Assembly: GCF_000143415.4 (NCBI RefSeq)
Contig: NW_003314277.1
Location: forward strand, 1,923,454-1,987,453
Reading direction: 5' to 3'
From: Selaginella moellendorffii
Lineage: Eukaryota; Plantae; Lycopodiophyta
Length of the DNA stretch: 64,000 nt
Part shown: positions 11,653 through 23,267 of the stretch, in pieces
Position numbering within the stretch: the first letter of the stretch is position 1
Layout: every line of letters begins with the position of its first letter
Program-made: the position numbers and the translations under genes
The notes under the pieces: model-generated
Told to the model about the DNA's origin: nothing
The model's input: only the letters and a program-made list of their open reading frames with translations
Database searches by the model: none

Positions 11653-13125
11653 CAGGAAGACTGTGAAAAAAGAAAACCAAGCAAAAAACTAATAACATGA
11701 GAAAAAAGAACTTTGAAGAATGGCCATTTCTGTTTAAATGCCATTAACTATGTTTTAATCTCTAAATGATATAGCACCAAAGGATTAAAACATGTAGTGT
11801 ATTTCACAGAGCGATCACATATTTTATCAACCAATCATATGTTCTATATAACATGAGAAAAAAGAACGTTGAAGAGCTGAGATGCAATCGCAAATCTTGT
11901 CTTGGCACAAATCTCCTTAACTACCTGTGTACACCTGCGTTATGCCACTCAACGACACCATTTAGAGCTTTCTCATACTGTCCATGAGATGGAGACTGAG
12001 ATCCTTGTACGTGATCGTGTTGCTTGCGACATCAAACTCAAGAAACCCGCGATACTTTGAATCCATACAAACCAACTTGTTTTGGACAAGTCTCAGTGTG
12101 TTGGCTCGGCCCCATTTCGCCTAGGCCCCGAGCGAAGGTGTAGACGTTGCCCTCCAAGGACCACACTACCACCTTGAACTCCTACTGCTGGCAAAAGATT
12201 TGTGCCAGGTAGTTTAGCTTAAATCACCCTTAAACCTGTAATTAATACTATCTCCCTAATTAAAGTTATAGTAAATCTGTTTTTAAATTTTGGTGATACG
12301 GATCATCATTTTCTCAGGAACTTCTTTTGCTCAGCATACTTTTTCTCAGAAGGCTTTGCTTGGTTGTTTTTCAGGTGGAGCTCGGGTATGCTGTAAAACT
12401 GTTTGGCTTCTTTTTCTCAGCGTCCAAAAGACGTTGGCTCGAGCTTTGCTTTCCGGCACATTTGCGCTGCCGTGTGCTTCTGTGAAGGTGTTTAGTCGAG
12501 CCGCTTGAAAGACATGAGGCTTGGTTGGATCCTCAAGGAACACTTGATCCCTGGAATGAGCTCACGTTCCAGGCTCGAAACACAAACATCCGCTCCTGGG
12601 CGACGGCCGACAACATCCTTCACCACCCTCGCAAACTTGCCTCCAGCTGATGGCATCAGCCAAAAATCCGCGAAAAAACTCTGAGTTCCCGGTGCAGAAA
12701 ACAATGAGATGCTTCGCCACCACCGTGTACTGATCGTCTTCCTCTTATCCAAGCAAACTCGCACAAAAACTCTCCAGCACGGATGGCTGGAGCAGCGCTC
12801 TAGCTGACGATTGCCAAGATCTCACATCGCCGTGGCAGCTTTCTCAAGCTCCTCCAAGCTTGGAACGCCATCGCCATCCTTGGGAGCCCAAACTTTCCAT
12901 CCCAGCACCTCGTCCTGCAGTTTCCATGGGGTAGAACTGCCCAGCTCTCATGACCATCCGAGTCCAGCACGTCTGTGTTCGTGGTGCCCTTGAGCTGTCA
13001 TGGGTCGTAAGGATCGATGTCTAGTGTCTGGTCCAGTTTGTAATTTCTCCTCTATGAGCATGCTGTGCACTTGCAAAGCCAATGCACTTGCACTTGTAAA
13101 AGCTGTGACAAAGACCTTTGATGTG

Positions 13126-14515
13126 CCTTGCTCGTCTTTCACAAGAAACTGGAGGGATTACATGACCACGTCTGGAGCAAAGCTTGTAATGGCTCAAAGC
13201 AAACAAAGCAATGCTTTCAGTTCAATCTAAATAAAGTAAGAGCATGGTAATGACTATTTAAACCAATAAATTTATCTCTATAATCTTGATTTATCCACTA
13301 GTGTATTATTGATTAGCCTATTTGCAGTAAACCTAATAAAAGTTTATTTTTACCCATGGTATATAGAATAACTCATGGTAACCAATGATATATTAATATT
13401 AATTCTACCAACTCAAAGTGTAACCTAAGTTGTTAAATTGCAAATGCAAACTCATACAAATGATACATCTCAATCCGTCTTATGAACTCAAGTATAAGCT
13501 TATATAATATGATACAAGAAGGTAATTAAAAATCCATACCCTAAAAACGAATGCGAAATTATAACGCCCAAATGTGTACCCATTCGAATCATTGTCTTCA
13601 TCTCTGTGTATACAATAAAATTAATTACTCAATCTCATTAGATAATACTTGCTAAGATTTATCCTTTGATACTAAATGTAGCATATGTGGTTTTCACTAT
13701 TTATCCTAAGATGATTTCACGAAACAAAACTTAAACCCTCTATATGCCACATATCACATGCTACATGCCACATGCTATGTGTTCAAGGACAATGAAATAG
13801 AATCTAAGTTTCAAGGCCTTGGGCCACTAAATGAAGGAATAAAACCAAACTCCTAAACTTACAACCAAAGAATGTAAGAACCAGAGCACGAAATAACTTA
13901 TAAGCATTCAGCCCAAGAAGTGAAGAATAGGAGTATGAAGCAATTTAGAACAATTTTAGAGCTTCTAACATATTAATGCTAGGACTAACAAACAAAACGG
14001 AGCCAAATAAAGTATACCGATGGCCTAATGCGAGGATATAAATACTCCACCAACTAGCATGGAATAGAATTTGGGCTTACACCTAAGTCAAACACAAAAC
14101 AAGGACAAGTATGCAAATGAAAAGTAGACTATGCCTCAAGTTGGTTAATCATGCTCAACCTACCAATTATCTCTACTATATATTTAGAACCCCCTATAAT
14201 GCCCCCACCCTTGCCCCTGTCTTTCGCACAAGAAACTAGAGGGATTATATGACCATATCTGGAGCAAGGCTTGTAATGGCTCTAAGCAAAAAAAACAATG
14301 CCTTCAGTTCAGTCTAAATAAAGTGTATGAAAGAGTACAATAATGATTATTTGAACCAATAGATTAATCCTTACAATTTTGATTTATCCACTAGTGTTAT
14401 GCTAAATAGCTACAGACTAGTCTATTTGCCACTCATTAGTAAACCCAAGAAAAGTTTATTTTTACCCATGATATATGAAATAACTTATGGTAACCAATGA
14501 TAGGTTAATATTAAT
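13126..14515 (+). repeat. Diverged direct repeat of ~280-300 bp (~13126-13403 and ~14209-14515)
   Basis: Aligned blocks such as acaagaaact(g/a)gagggatta(c/t)atgacca and aaaagtttatttttacccatg occur in both copies, with substitutions and indels. Confidence 0.85.
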
Positions 14516-15093
14516 CTTGCCCCCCACAATGGGATTTTACCTTTAGTATTAGAAATCAGAAGTTAGTATTTAGGACAAGTTTGAAGTTTACTAAATATGG
14601 AATAGCATTAGATTGTGAATTTGGACATTAGAACAACACCATTGTGTTTAGGACAATCTTTACATTCTGTACATTAGGACCAAATGAAACCAACACAAAA
14701 GGCATAATAGCAAAAATGTCTAGCAAACATAATAAGTTATCATTTGACAATATTGAGGGATTAGTCTCAATATATAGGGATTCTTGTCACTAGCCAGTGC
14801 AAGATATAATGAGATAGAAACTCTTTACCAGGTTAATTATGCTTAGCTAATAGTATATAGTAATTTTGTTTTTATGTTCCTCCGGCCTAAGTATACTCAA
14901 AATGCCCAATTAACTCCACTAGCACAAAAGGGACTAATAAATATTCTAACAATACCAACATTTTGCCATCATGCAATAAAGAAGAAATATCCAAAAGGAC
15001 TCACCAACATATAACTTTTGATATCTGCAATCACATTTGCGACACTTATATAAAATATCAATGACATTGTTTTAAATTTTTTTGTGCTTGAAC

Positions 15094-16031
15094 AATAATT
15101 ATTCTTTTTAAAAAGCTCTTGAATAAAGAAATAGATAGATTTTATAATAAGTATTTTGAAGGCAAAAATATGAAGACTAAGAATATATCATTTAATATAT
15201 GAAATCAAACTAAATGAAAATTAATATTTCCAATTGGGAAACCTATTTTTAAATTCATTGAAAATTAAGAAGAAAGACAACTACAATACCAGAGTGGAAT
15301 TTAGATTTTTCTTTATGAATATTGAATCCGCAAAGCTTGGAAGACCCTGCAAAGTTGATCGATCCTGGTAACCCGGTAACGAGACGTTCACTCCCACAAG
15401 CCCATCGTGGAGGAAGGACGACGTGCCGGGGCCGACGTAGGAAGGACTACCTGTGCGTTATGATAGAACTGCAAGTTTGGACAAGGAAAAGCAACTAAAA
15501 TCACCATACATGCGGGATCAATGTGAAGCCCAGCGAGCTTGAGCCCGGGACAAGACAGCGGTGGCAACGATGTTCACTTTTATGATCAGGATCGTCCATA
15601 TTTCTCCCGATTTCGTTTCAAGAGAATAGGCTATACAACGAGAAAATCAGCTAGAGGGGAAACTAGGTGGGTATCTTCCAACTAATACAAACTCCATGGT
15701 CGGTCAATGCGCCATGACTTAAGCCTATTGGACTAGAATTCTTTGCTATGACAGGGAATTTAGTCAAATCGAAACATCACGGTAGGTCGTGGATGGATCG
15801 ACGGTTATTCCGGGACACAGCCACCAAACAACATCGGATGGGAATGCCATAGCTTCCAATCTCGATCTTAGCAAATTAATAATTATTCTTTTTAAAAAGC
15901 TCTTGAATAAAGAAATAGATAGATTTTATAATAAGTATTTTGAAGGCAAAAATATGAAGACTAAGAATATATCATTTAATATATGAAATCAAACTAAATG
16001 AAAATTAATATTTCCAATTGGGAAACCTATT
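15094..16031 (+). repeat. Exact 154-bp AT-rich direct repeat (15094-15247, 15878-16031) flanking a 630-bp segment that is mostly GC-richer
   Basis: aataattattctttttaaaaagctc...ccaattgggaaacctatt is identical in both copies by eye. Confidence 0.92.
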
Positions 16032-16325
16032 ACTTATTTGCATTCTAGCTGTGAAAACTTCAGCACAAAGTCCTATCTATAGAGGTGTTTCATCTGGTTT
16101 CTGTCCAAAACGAACTTTGCTTGCTTCGAGCTTATGTATGACTATCCTCTAATTTAGTAGTACTAGTTCTAGTATAAAGATTAAGGAATATATTAGAAAA
16201 TACTTGAATATTCTACAAATTCATACAGGTTTTAAAGCATGATAAATATCACAATTTAGAATCTATACTATTTCATAGCAAGAATTATTGGAATCATTTT
16301 GATGTACACAAAATTTCGGTTGTAT

Positions 16326-18148
16326 TTATAATGCTCTAATCTCAGGTTGCAAAAATGATCCACCAGAAGACTGCCGCAGAACAAATGCTTCCACTGGAGG
16401 CGTGGCGTTTAGATCGATTGACAAGCCACCAGCGACACCTGACACACACGATTTCGTATAATCCTCGTCTGCTTGTTGCTGGTCCTCTTCTTCTTCTTGG
16501 ATTTGTTCTTGATCAACTTCTTGCTCGCCTTCATCGTCCTCGAAGTTTGCGAACTTCTCTTGTGGTTTTTGCTGGCTGCCATCACTGCTCTCGAAGTGGG
16601 TCTTCAAGCGAGCATCCGTCTCGGGCCTTCTACACACCTTCCTCAGCGTCACCACTTCCTAAACCGGCCACATAAACACGTAAGAATCTGGAAAAACGAT
16701 GGAGAACACAGCATGCTTGCCTCGAATTGATCGTGGTCGTAGCGAATCCAAAATCTACAGCGGCACCCCCGGGAGTCGTGCCTCTTTCGCTGGACGTCGA
16801 TCACCCTCGCGTCGTAGTAAAGAGCATGCTCGTCGCCTTCCTGGTTGATAGATCATCCAAAAGAAGAATAGAAACTTTGGAGTAAACACAAGCACACGAG
16901 AGAGAACTCCTATTGCTAAGGAGAAAAAGAAATGGAAGCTTACTTGGAAGCATAGAACATTGTCTCCGGGATAAACTGCAAGACACTCGAATCCTTCACA
17001 CGGTAGTGATCTCCTCCGAATGGACTTGAGCTCCACCCATTCATCCTCGTCTCCACCCAGTCCAGCGTATCTTATAAAAATCTCCTACAAAAAAAAAGCA
17101 CAAGGATTCTCGGTTTAGGAAACGAGAAAAACTCGACCAACTTATCACAAAAATCGAGATTTCTGCTTACCGGTCCCGTTTCGGTGAGCTTATATCCAAG
17201 AAAACATCTGATATCGTACCTAGAATTTGCAAGATCATTGTCAAGTTTCTTTAAGTTTTCTGGAAAACTAGAGTTTGTTTCTTACCAGGCACCATCTTTG
17301 CTGGAGATGGCCTCGAATTGAAGCCCGTTTGCTCTTTGAGCTGTGAGGAAAAAAAAAACAAAAAGAAGAAGAAGCTAAGAACAATCAGCAGACCAAAACT
17401 TTACGTACCAAGGAGCTGCTCTGCCGTGCATTTGATCATACTTCTTCCAGAGGACGATGGTCCTGCTCCTTGATCGACTTTATCCAGCTTTGACAGTTTA
17501 TATCTCCGGTTTTGGAACCAGTTCCAGATCTGCAGCAAGAATTGTACTTCACTTCTAATTCTCGAGAAAGAAAAGATTGAAAAACTGACTTACGCACCTG
17601 TTTTGGCCGGACTGGAGCATGACCCGTGCGAGCAGCTCCTTTGCTGCAAGATTTGGAGGCATAAAAACGATTGAATCGAGCAAAAGGAGCCACTTTACCT
17701 GAATTTTTCCGCGAGGGCTTCCTGTACGCTGCGGCATGGAGTGAGTCCATTGTGGTGTACTAACAATTTCTCCATCTCCGCTACCTGGTAATAGCAAAGT
17801 CGTCAAGCCCATGAAAACTCTTGACAAAAGATCCAATCTAGAAACCATCCATCCACATAAAGGGTCATGCAATTCCAAAGTCAAGCCACTCCAACTTTGC
17901 CGATGCCAAGAACTTCGCTCTAGCTTCCAGGCAATCAAAGTAACCGCAAAACAAACGAAAAAAAGAAAAAAAGAAAAAGAAAAAACACCCGGCCTTTCGA
18001 GATCGAGAAGAAGGCAATCTAAGAACCGGAAAAAAAAAAAGCGAAAAAAAAACCAGGAAAAGTTCTACGATGACCGCTAAGTTACCTCTTCCGGGAGAAA
18101 TCTACAGCGCGTGTTGTTGGCTGTGGAGATTGCGGGTGGCTTCCCCAT
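16326..18148 (-). CDS. SAWADEE homeodomain homolog (SHH2-like chromatin reader), multi-exon
   Basis: MGKPP...RFLPEE; homeodomain helix VRPKQ|[10 protein letters not shown]; [68 protein letters not shown]|[15 protein letters not shown]. Last intron is GC-AG (16659-16720). Confidence 0.92.
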
Positions 18149-18785
18149 CTTTCGACTAGAACGCAAAGCTCGTCTTACCGGGCTTCTCGATTCCTCCTTG
18201 TCGCCGCCAGCGCCTAATAGCACCAACACCGCTACCGCGTGTTAAGTTTGAGGAGCCCTAAAGCCACAACTACAGCACCAACATAGGACATATACACACG
18301 CATACACAACTCCCCCAAGAAAAAAAGCAAAGAGAAAAGAATCCACGAAAGAAGAAAACCAAAGCCACACAAGAAGTTCAAGCACCATTCCATCCATTTG
18401 ACGAGCCATGCCATAAATTTCCTCTCTCGCTACAAGCTTTTTCCAAGCTTTTCTTTTTGTCCAAACTTTTGTTTGGATTGATTGGTTTTCTTGGAAGAGG
18501 TGACAGATTTGTGAACTTACACGACCTACCTATCAACCAATGCTTGCTTTCTGGTCTAAGTGACTCTAAAAAACATACCTTTGTGGCAGCCCATTTGGTC
18601 TCGTGACTTACGTTCTTAGGTCTTAGCAAACCTTTGGCTTAGAAGTAAAAAGTAGGTTTTTTTTAGTTTCTCTTCTTTTTTCTCTGAATTGGGTCTTCAA
18701 ATTCCCATGGAGGACCTCCAGATCTCGCGATCTAAGACAAAAACATGGCCAAAAACCAACACAATGATCCGTAAAAATCCTCCCT

Positions 18786-19544
18786 TTAGAAGAGAGCGAG
18801 CGCGGCAATGGCGACTGAGATCCAGCAAGCTCCAGCCGCAGCGGCTACAGCCGTGACGGCCGAATTCCCTCGAGGAGATGCCGGAGGAGGCGTTTCATCC
18901 GTGGAGTCTGCTGGAGAAGTGGACGATGGCGAAGGAGACGAAGGCGTCGAAGATGGAGTGGACACGGGGTTCTCACCTTTAGGAGCTGGAGAAGAACTCT
19001 TGGGCGATTTGGCAGCGGCGGGGGCCGGAGGTTTTGCTCTTGGAGCTAGAGCTGGAGCCGGGACAGTAGCAGCAGGAGGAGAGATATCGACTTGCAACGC
19101 CATTCCACTGCCGCAGTGGCCTCCGGTTCCACAGATGAAGAACTGCTTCGACTTGGTGGAGCTGAGCGTCACACTATCGTTGCCAGACATGTAAGTGCTG
19201 ATGGGAGTGATCGTGCACGTCGCAAAATCGGCCTGGCTCACTTCCACCACGCTGTGCATCTGAGTGTACGTGAAAACTGGTAGAAGAAAAACAAAGATGA
19301 GAGTTTGAGAGATCTCCAAGTCTGTGCTAGCTTGAAACGAGAAAAAGGAGGAGAGAAGCTTACTTAGAACGTCTCCAGCTTGGAATTTCTTCTTGCCAGC
19401 CCAAGCTGCGTAGTTGACATTCAAGTCCCATCCCTGGCTATCACCGACGATGTAAGTCGCGGCACAGGCGGAGTCCACCAGCAGCAGCAAAATCCCGAGA
19501 GCTACTGGCAATGCTGCACCGCTTCTTCCCTGAGCTCTTTCCAT
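18786..19544 (-). CDS. Uclacyanin-like blue copper phytocyanin with Pro/Ser/Ala-rich AGP-like linker and GPI signal; intron 19277-19363
   Basis: YIVGDSQGW...YAAWAGKKKFQAGDVL; ligands H (MHSV), C, H, M in FICGTGGHCGSGM; AP/SP-rich tail ending in a hydrophobic stretch. Confidence 0.9.
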   Translation of the reverse strand: MERAQGRSGAALPVALGILLLLVDSACAATYIVGDSQGWDLNVNYAAWAGKKKFQAGDVLSKLLSSFFSFQASTDLEISQTLIFVFLLPVFTYTQMHSVVEVSQADFATCTITPISTYMSGNDSVTLSSTKSKQFFICGTGGHCGSGMALQVDISPPAATVPAPALAPRAKPPAPAAAKSPKSSSPAPKGENPVSTPSSTPSSPSPSSTSPADSTDETPPPASPRGNSAVTAVAAAAGACWISVAIAALALF

Positions 19545-20414
19545 CTCTGCAAATCTAAATCTTCTCTCTCGTTCGAATTGCAATCGCTCTTTGCAAAAAG
19601 AGCGTTCCTACAAAGAGAATGAGAATGAGTGGAGTTATTTATATGGAGTCAGCTGCAAGGAGAGAGAGATGAGAAAAAAGAAAGGAACTGGTTTTCACCT
19701 GTACGCGTAGCTCCAGAGTTGTGCGAGTATGATCGTGACCCAGAGTTCACTCCTTCCTGGCACGGACTGGCAGGCACCCATCGCTCGAGAGAAGAGACCT
19801 CCTTTTCTTTTCTTTCTTCTTCCAGAGCTTCTGCCAACCAAGTTGTGTGCACGACTGGAAAAAAAAACCAAGAGCAAAGTGAGCTCACGTCTTAATCTCT
19901 AGCCAAGACTTTTCTTTCACCTCCATTCCATTTAGCTCTAATCTCTCTCTCTCTTTCTCTCTTTGGACAAATCCCTTCTTTCTAGAAGCTCTAAACCATG
20001 TTCTTCCTCTCTTCTTGCTTTAATCTTTCTAAAAACCATTCTCTCACTCTGTTCTTTCTCTCTGGCTTTAATCTTCTAACAGTGAGGCAAAAGAAAAGAC
20101 CTCTCTCCAGCGAGAGCGATTGAAAGGTCTTTTATTTGTTTTTGAGAGCAAAGACTTGCTAGATCCAGCTCTAGCTAGTCTTTACTCTCAAGAAATCTCT
20201 ATTGCTTGACTTACAATCTCGTCGATCGTGGTAACGACGCGGATCGGCGACGCGGATCGACGCCGCCATCACCATCGTCTCAATCATAAAGCCCTAAATT
20301 TTGACCAATGGAAATGCTTTCCACTACTGGCCATTCGAATAGTAAAGATAGGGTTCTAGCGCTTCTACGCAGGAATGCGGGCTAGGTTAGCGTGATCCAG
20401 CCACCACACTGGCA

Positions 20415-21064
20415 ATGGCGTCCTCGATCGCGGCTTGCGGATCAGCGCCGATCGTAGTCGCGAGGATCAAGCCGGCGCCGGCGCCGCAGCACAGGATTTC
20501 CGTGAGTTTCTCGAGGCGGCTAGGTTCTCCTCTCCGGCGCGGCGCAATCGCCTCAATCGGCGGCTCACAGGGGCTGAGGAAGCAGGATTGCGGCATTTCT
20601 TGCAAGGCCAAGAATCTCACCGAGGACGAATTCGAGGCTGCGGTTTTGAAATCGGAGCTTCCAGTGCTGGTGGATTTCTGGGCCGAGTGGTGTGGACCTT
20701 GCAAGCTCGTGGCTCCCGTGGTGGATTGGGCATCCGAGGTGAGAACACTTCCTTCTCTCGATCGAATGAGCAAAGAGTGATTTTTTTTTAAAGAAAATTG
20801 CGTTTTTTCCTCTCGATTACAGTGGAAGTAACTGGAAAACTTTGTGGTTTTTCTTCTCAGGAGTATGCTGGAAAGCTCGAAGTCTACAAAGTTGACACCG
20901 ACAAGAGCCCCGGCCTGGTAGAAAAATACAAGCTTTACGGCCTCCCAACTTTGGTCATGTTTAAAAACGGTGGAATAGTCTCTGAAAGTCGAAGAGAAGG
21001 AGCGATCACCAAAGCCAAGATCAAAAGTTACCTGGACGATTTTCTCCAGTCAGTGGCGGCATGA
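20415..21064 (+). CDS. TRXX: Plastid thioredoxin x, two exons
   Basis: Transit peptide, [16 protein letters not shown], and x-type C-terminus YGLPTL...[17 protein letters not shown]. Intron 20739-20860. Confidence 0.9.
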
Positions 21065-21154
21065 GATTCAAGGTACTCGCTTTCTCTCGCTCGTTAGCTT
21101 TGAATTCTTCTCGACATTTATTTTTCTAGAGTTCCAACTCACAGGCTAAACGCT

Positions 21155-21784
21155 CTATCCCGGAGGCCATTTCATCTGCCTGCCTCCCATGATGTGCAAG
21201 TGTAGATGGTACGTCGATTGGCCTGGTACGTTTCAATCCAGCAGGAGAAAACAAAGAATTGGATCAAAAGAACTCGAGCGAACTCTTTGAGAAGATCTCC
21301 ACTTACATCCTTTGGGGCCATCGTTGATCACAACGCGATATCCTTCCTGGAGCTTCTCTTGCTCGCCGATCTTCTTGGCAACGTAGAGAAGGTGCCCAAG
21401 AATGTCTCGGTGCCGCTTCTCGGCCTAGAAAAAGAAGAAAAAAAATCCAATTCTTTTTTCCTAAGAAGAGATGGAGATTTTCTCACATTCGCAAGACGAG
21501 TGAGTCCATCACGCTGCTTGGGTATCAGGATGACATGAACCGGTGCTTGCGGCTCGATGTCTCGAAACGCCAGTGCCTGTGAAGCATGGAAAGGCGTAAC
21601 CTCACAAAGAATTAAGTATTTTACCTTGTCATCTTCGTACACGATTGTGGCATTGATCTCCTTGCTCAAAATCTTGTCAAATCTGCGGCAAAGGCTTAAA
21701 TTTTCCATGGCCAACAAAAATTTGATCCATCGCTTACATTGTTGGCCCGCCATCGTCCGCCGATTTGGCCGATCGCTCCTCCAT
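21155..21784 (-). CDS. Histidine triad nucleotide-binding protein (HINT), five exons
   Basis: Spliced PTIFDKILSKEI...[26 protein letters not shown]...[34 protein letters not shown]. Confidence 0.93.
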
Positions 21785-21874
21785 CGCCAAGAATCCTAGA
21801 AAAAACTTTTTAGGGCAAACTTGTCTTTTAGGTCAAAGCGATACTCTAGGGTTAGGTCAAAATGGAACAGAGTA

Positions 21875-22264
21875 CTAGCCTCCATAGCCACACATACCAA
21901 AGACACATTTGGTGCGCTTTGGGCAGCGCCTCCCGCAAAAGCCACAGTTGTGGACGTCCCGGTCCAAGTTCTTACACCTCCCTTGGCAGCAGGAGCGCGA
22001 GTACTTGCAGCGGTGGAAGCAATGGCCGCAGTGATTCACGTCCCTGGTAACGTCCACGCAAATCCAGCCGCAGCAAATCGGCCCCGCCGGCTTGAATCGC
22101 TTGTCCAGGCAGATCATCGGCTTACTCGAGCAGCCCATCGTTCGTCCGACCTGTTTGAGGTAGCCAAGAGCGCTGGAGAATTCTTCCGAGTTGTCTGATC
22201 TGTTTTGGAGCTGCGATCGCTGCAGCTGGTTGCTTGATCTTCTCTTCGAATCTGTTTTGGTGGA

Positions 22265-22295
<31 letters not shown>

Positions 22296-22354
22296 GTGGC
22301 AATCGAGGAACTTAGAATGATTAGCAAAGCTTGGACGAGCAACTTGCTCGCCAT
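21875..22354 (-). CDS. STIG1-domain cysteine-rich secreted protein
   Basis: Signal peptide plus STIG1-type pattern CCGWICVDVTRDVNHCGHCFHRC...CCQGRCKNLDRDVHNCGFCGRRC...CVFGMCGYG. Confidence 0.9.
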
Positions 22355-22661
22355 ATGGAAGAACTTTTTCTATTTTTCTAAAAGAAAAAAGGAAAAGATT
22401 ACCGAATAGCAATGTCGAGCGAATCGACGAAGAATGAACTGTTCTGTGAATCACGCGATGCGGGATGGACCTAAACCACATCCGAGAAGACAAAACGTTT
22501 TTAGATCCAGCGCGCGGAGGTGTTCTTGAGGAACTTTACTGTAGTAAAAACGAACCTGGCCAGTGGTCATTTCCTTGAAGCGTTGCGTTACTCCGGAGAG
22601 CTGGATTGAAACAGACTATACCGAGTGAAAAAAGTCCAGGGAGAAAAAGAAAAGTCAAAAC

Positions 22662-23267
22662 TTACCCACAGGATTCCAAGCACCATGAGCTTTCCATGTC
22701 CTTGCTGTAGTCCTGAAACTCTGGCCTCACTCTTCGCACGGGTACGGTGACATAGTAGAGCGTTCCAAGCTCGGAATTGCTGGAAACGTTGAGCTCGACC
22801 TTGTCCTCGGACTCGATCTCCACAAAGTCGGCCAGAGCGCCCACAATGTTGTCAAGGATCTTGCGCTTGGCCTCGTCGGTGACGGAGCAGCGGTCGGAGA
22901 TGAGGATCATCTTGAGCCTCCGCTTGGCGAGCTGCGCATTGGACATGGCTTGCCTTGGAGGGAACAAGATCTTCCAAGCCCTGCTTATCCTGCTCCAAAA
23001 TCCCTCCTTTTCGACCTTGTCATCCCCGCTGCTGCCGCCGCTGGCGGATTTCTCCGCCAGGACCTGGCAGAGGCTCAAATCCTCCAAAACCTTCCCTGCT
23101 CGCGGAAATCTCATCCCCGACCTCGCGCTGCCGCCGGAGATGTTCGCTCCGCGGAAAGAACCTAGACCAGACGCGCTCACCTCCGCTGGAGCTAGGCGCC
23201 GCGACAATCGAGCAGCGCTGGCCCTAGCAGCGCCGGCGCCATCGAGCGCCATCCTCATCGTCGCCAT
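22662..23267 (-). CDS. MINE1: Plastid division topological specificity factor MinE
   Basis: Transit peptide; SNAQLAKRRLKMILISDRCSVTDEAKRKI...VGALADFVEIESEDKVELNVSSNSELGTLYYVTVPVRRVRPEFQ. The stop lies within a GTAAG, so a further short exon is possible. Confidence 0.93.
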   Translation of the reverse strand: MATMRMALDGAGAARASAARLSRRLAPAEVSASGLGSFRGANISGGSARSGMRFPRAGKVLEDLSLCQVLAEKSASGGSSGDDKVEKEGFWSRISRAWKILFPPRQAMSNAQLAKRRLKMILISDRCSVTDEAKRKILDNIVGALADFVEIESEDKVELNVSSNSELGTLYYVTVPVRRVRPEFQDYSKDMESSWCLESCG

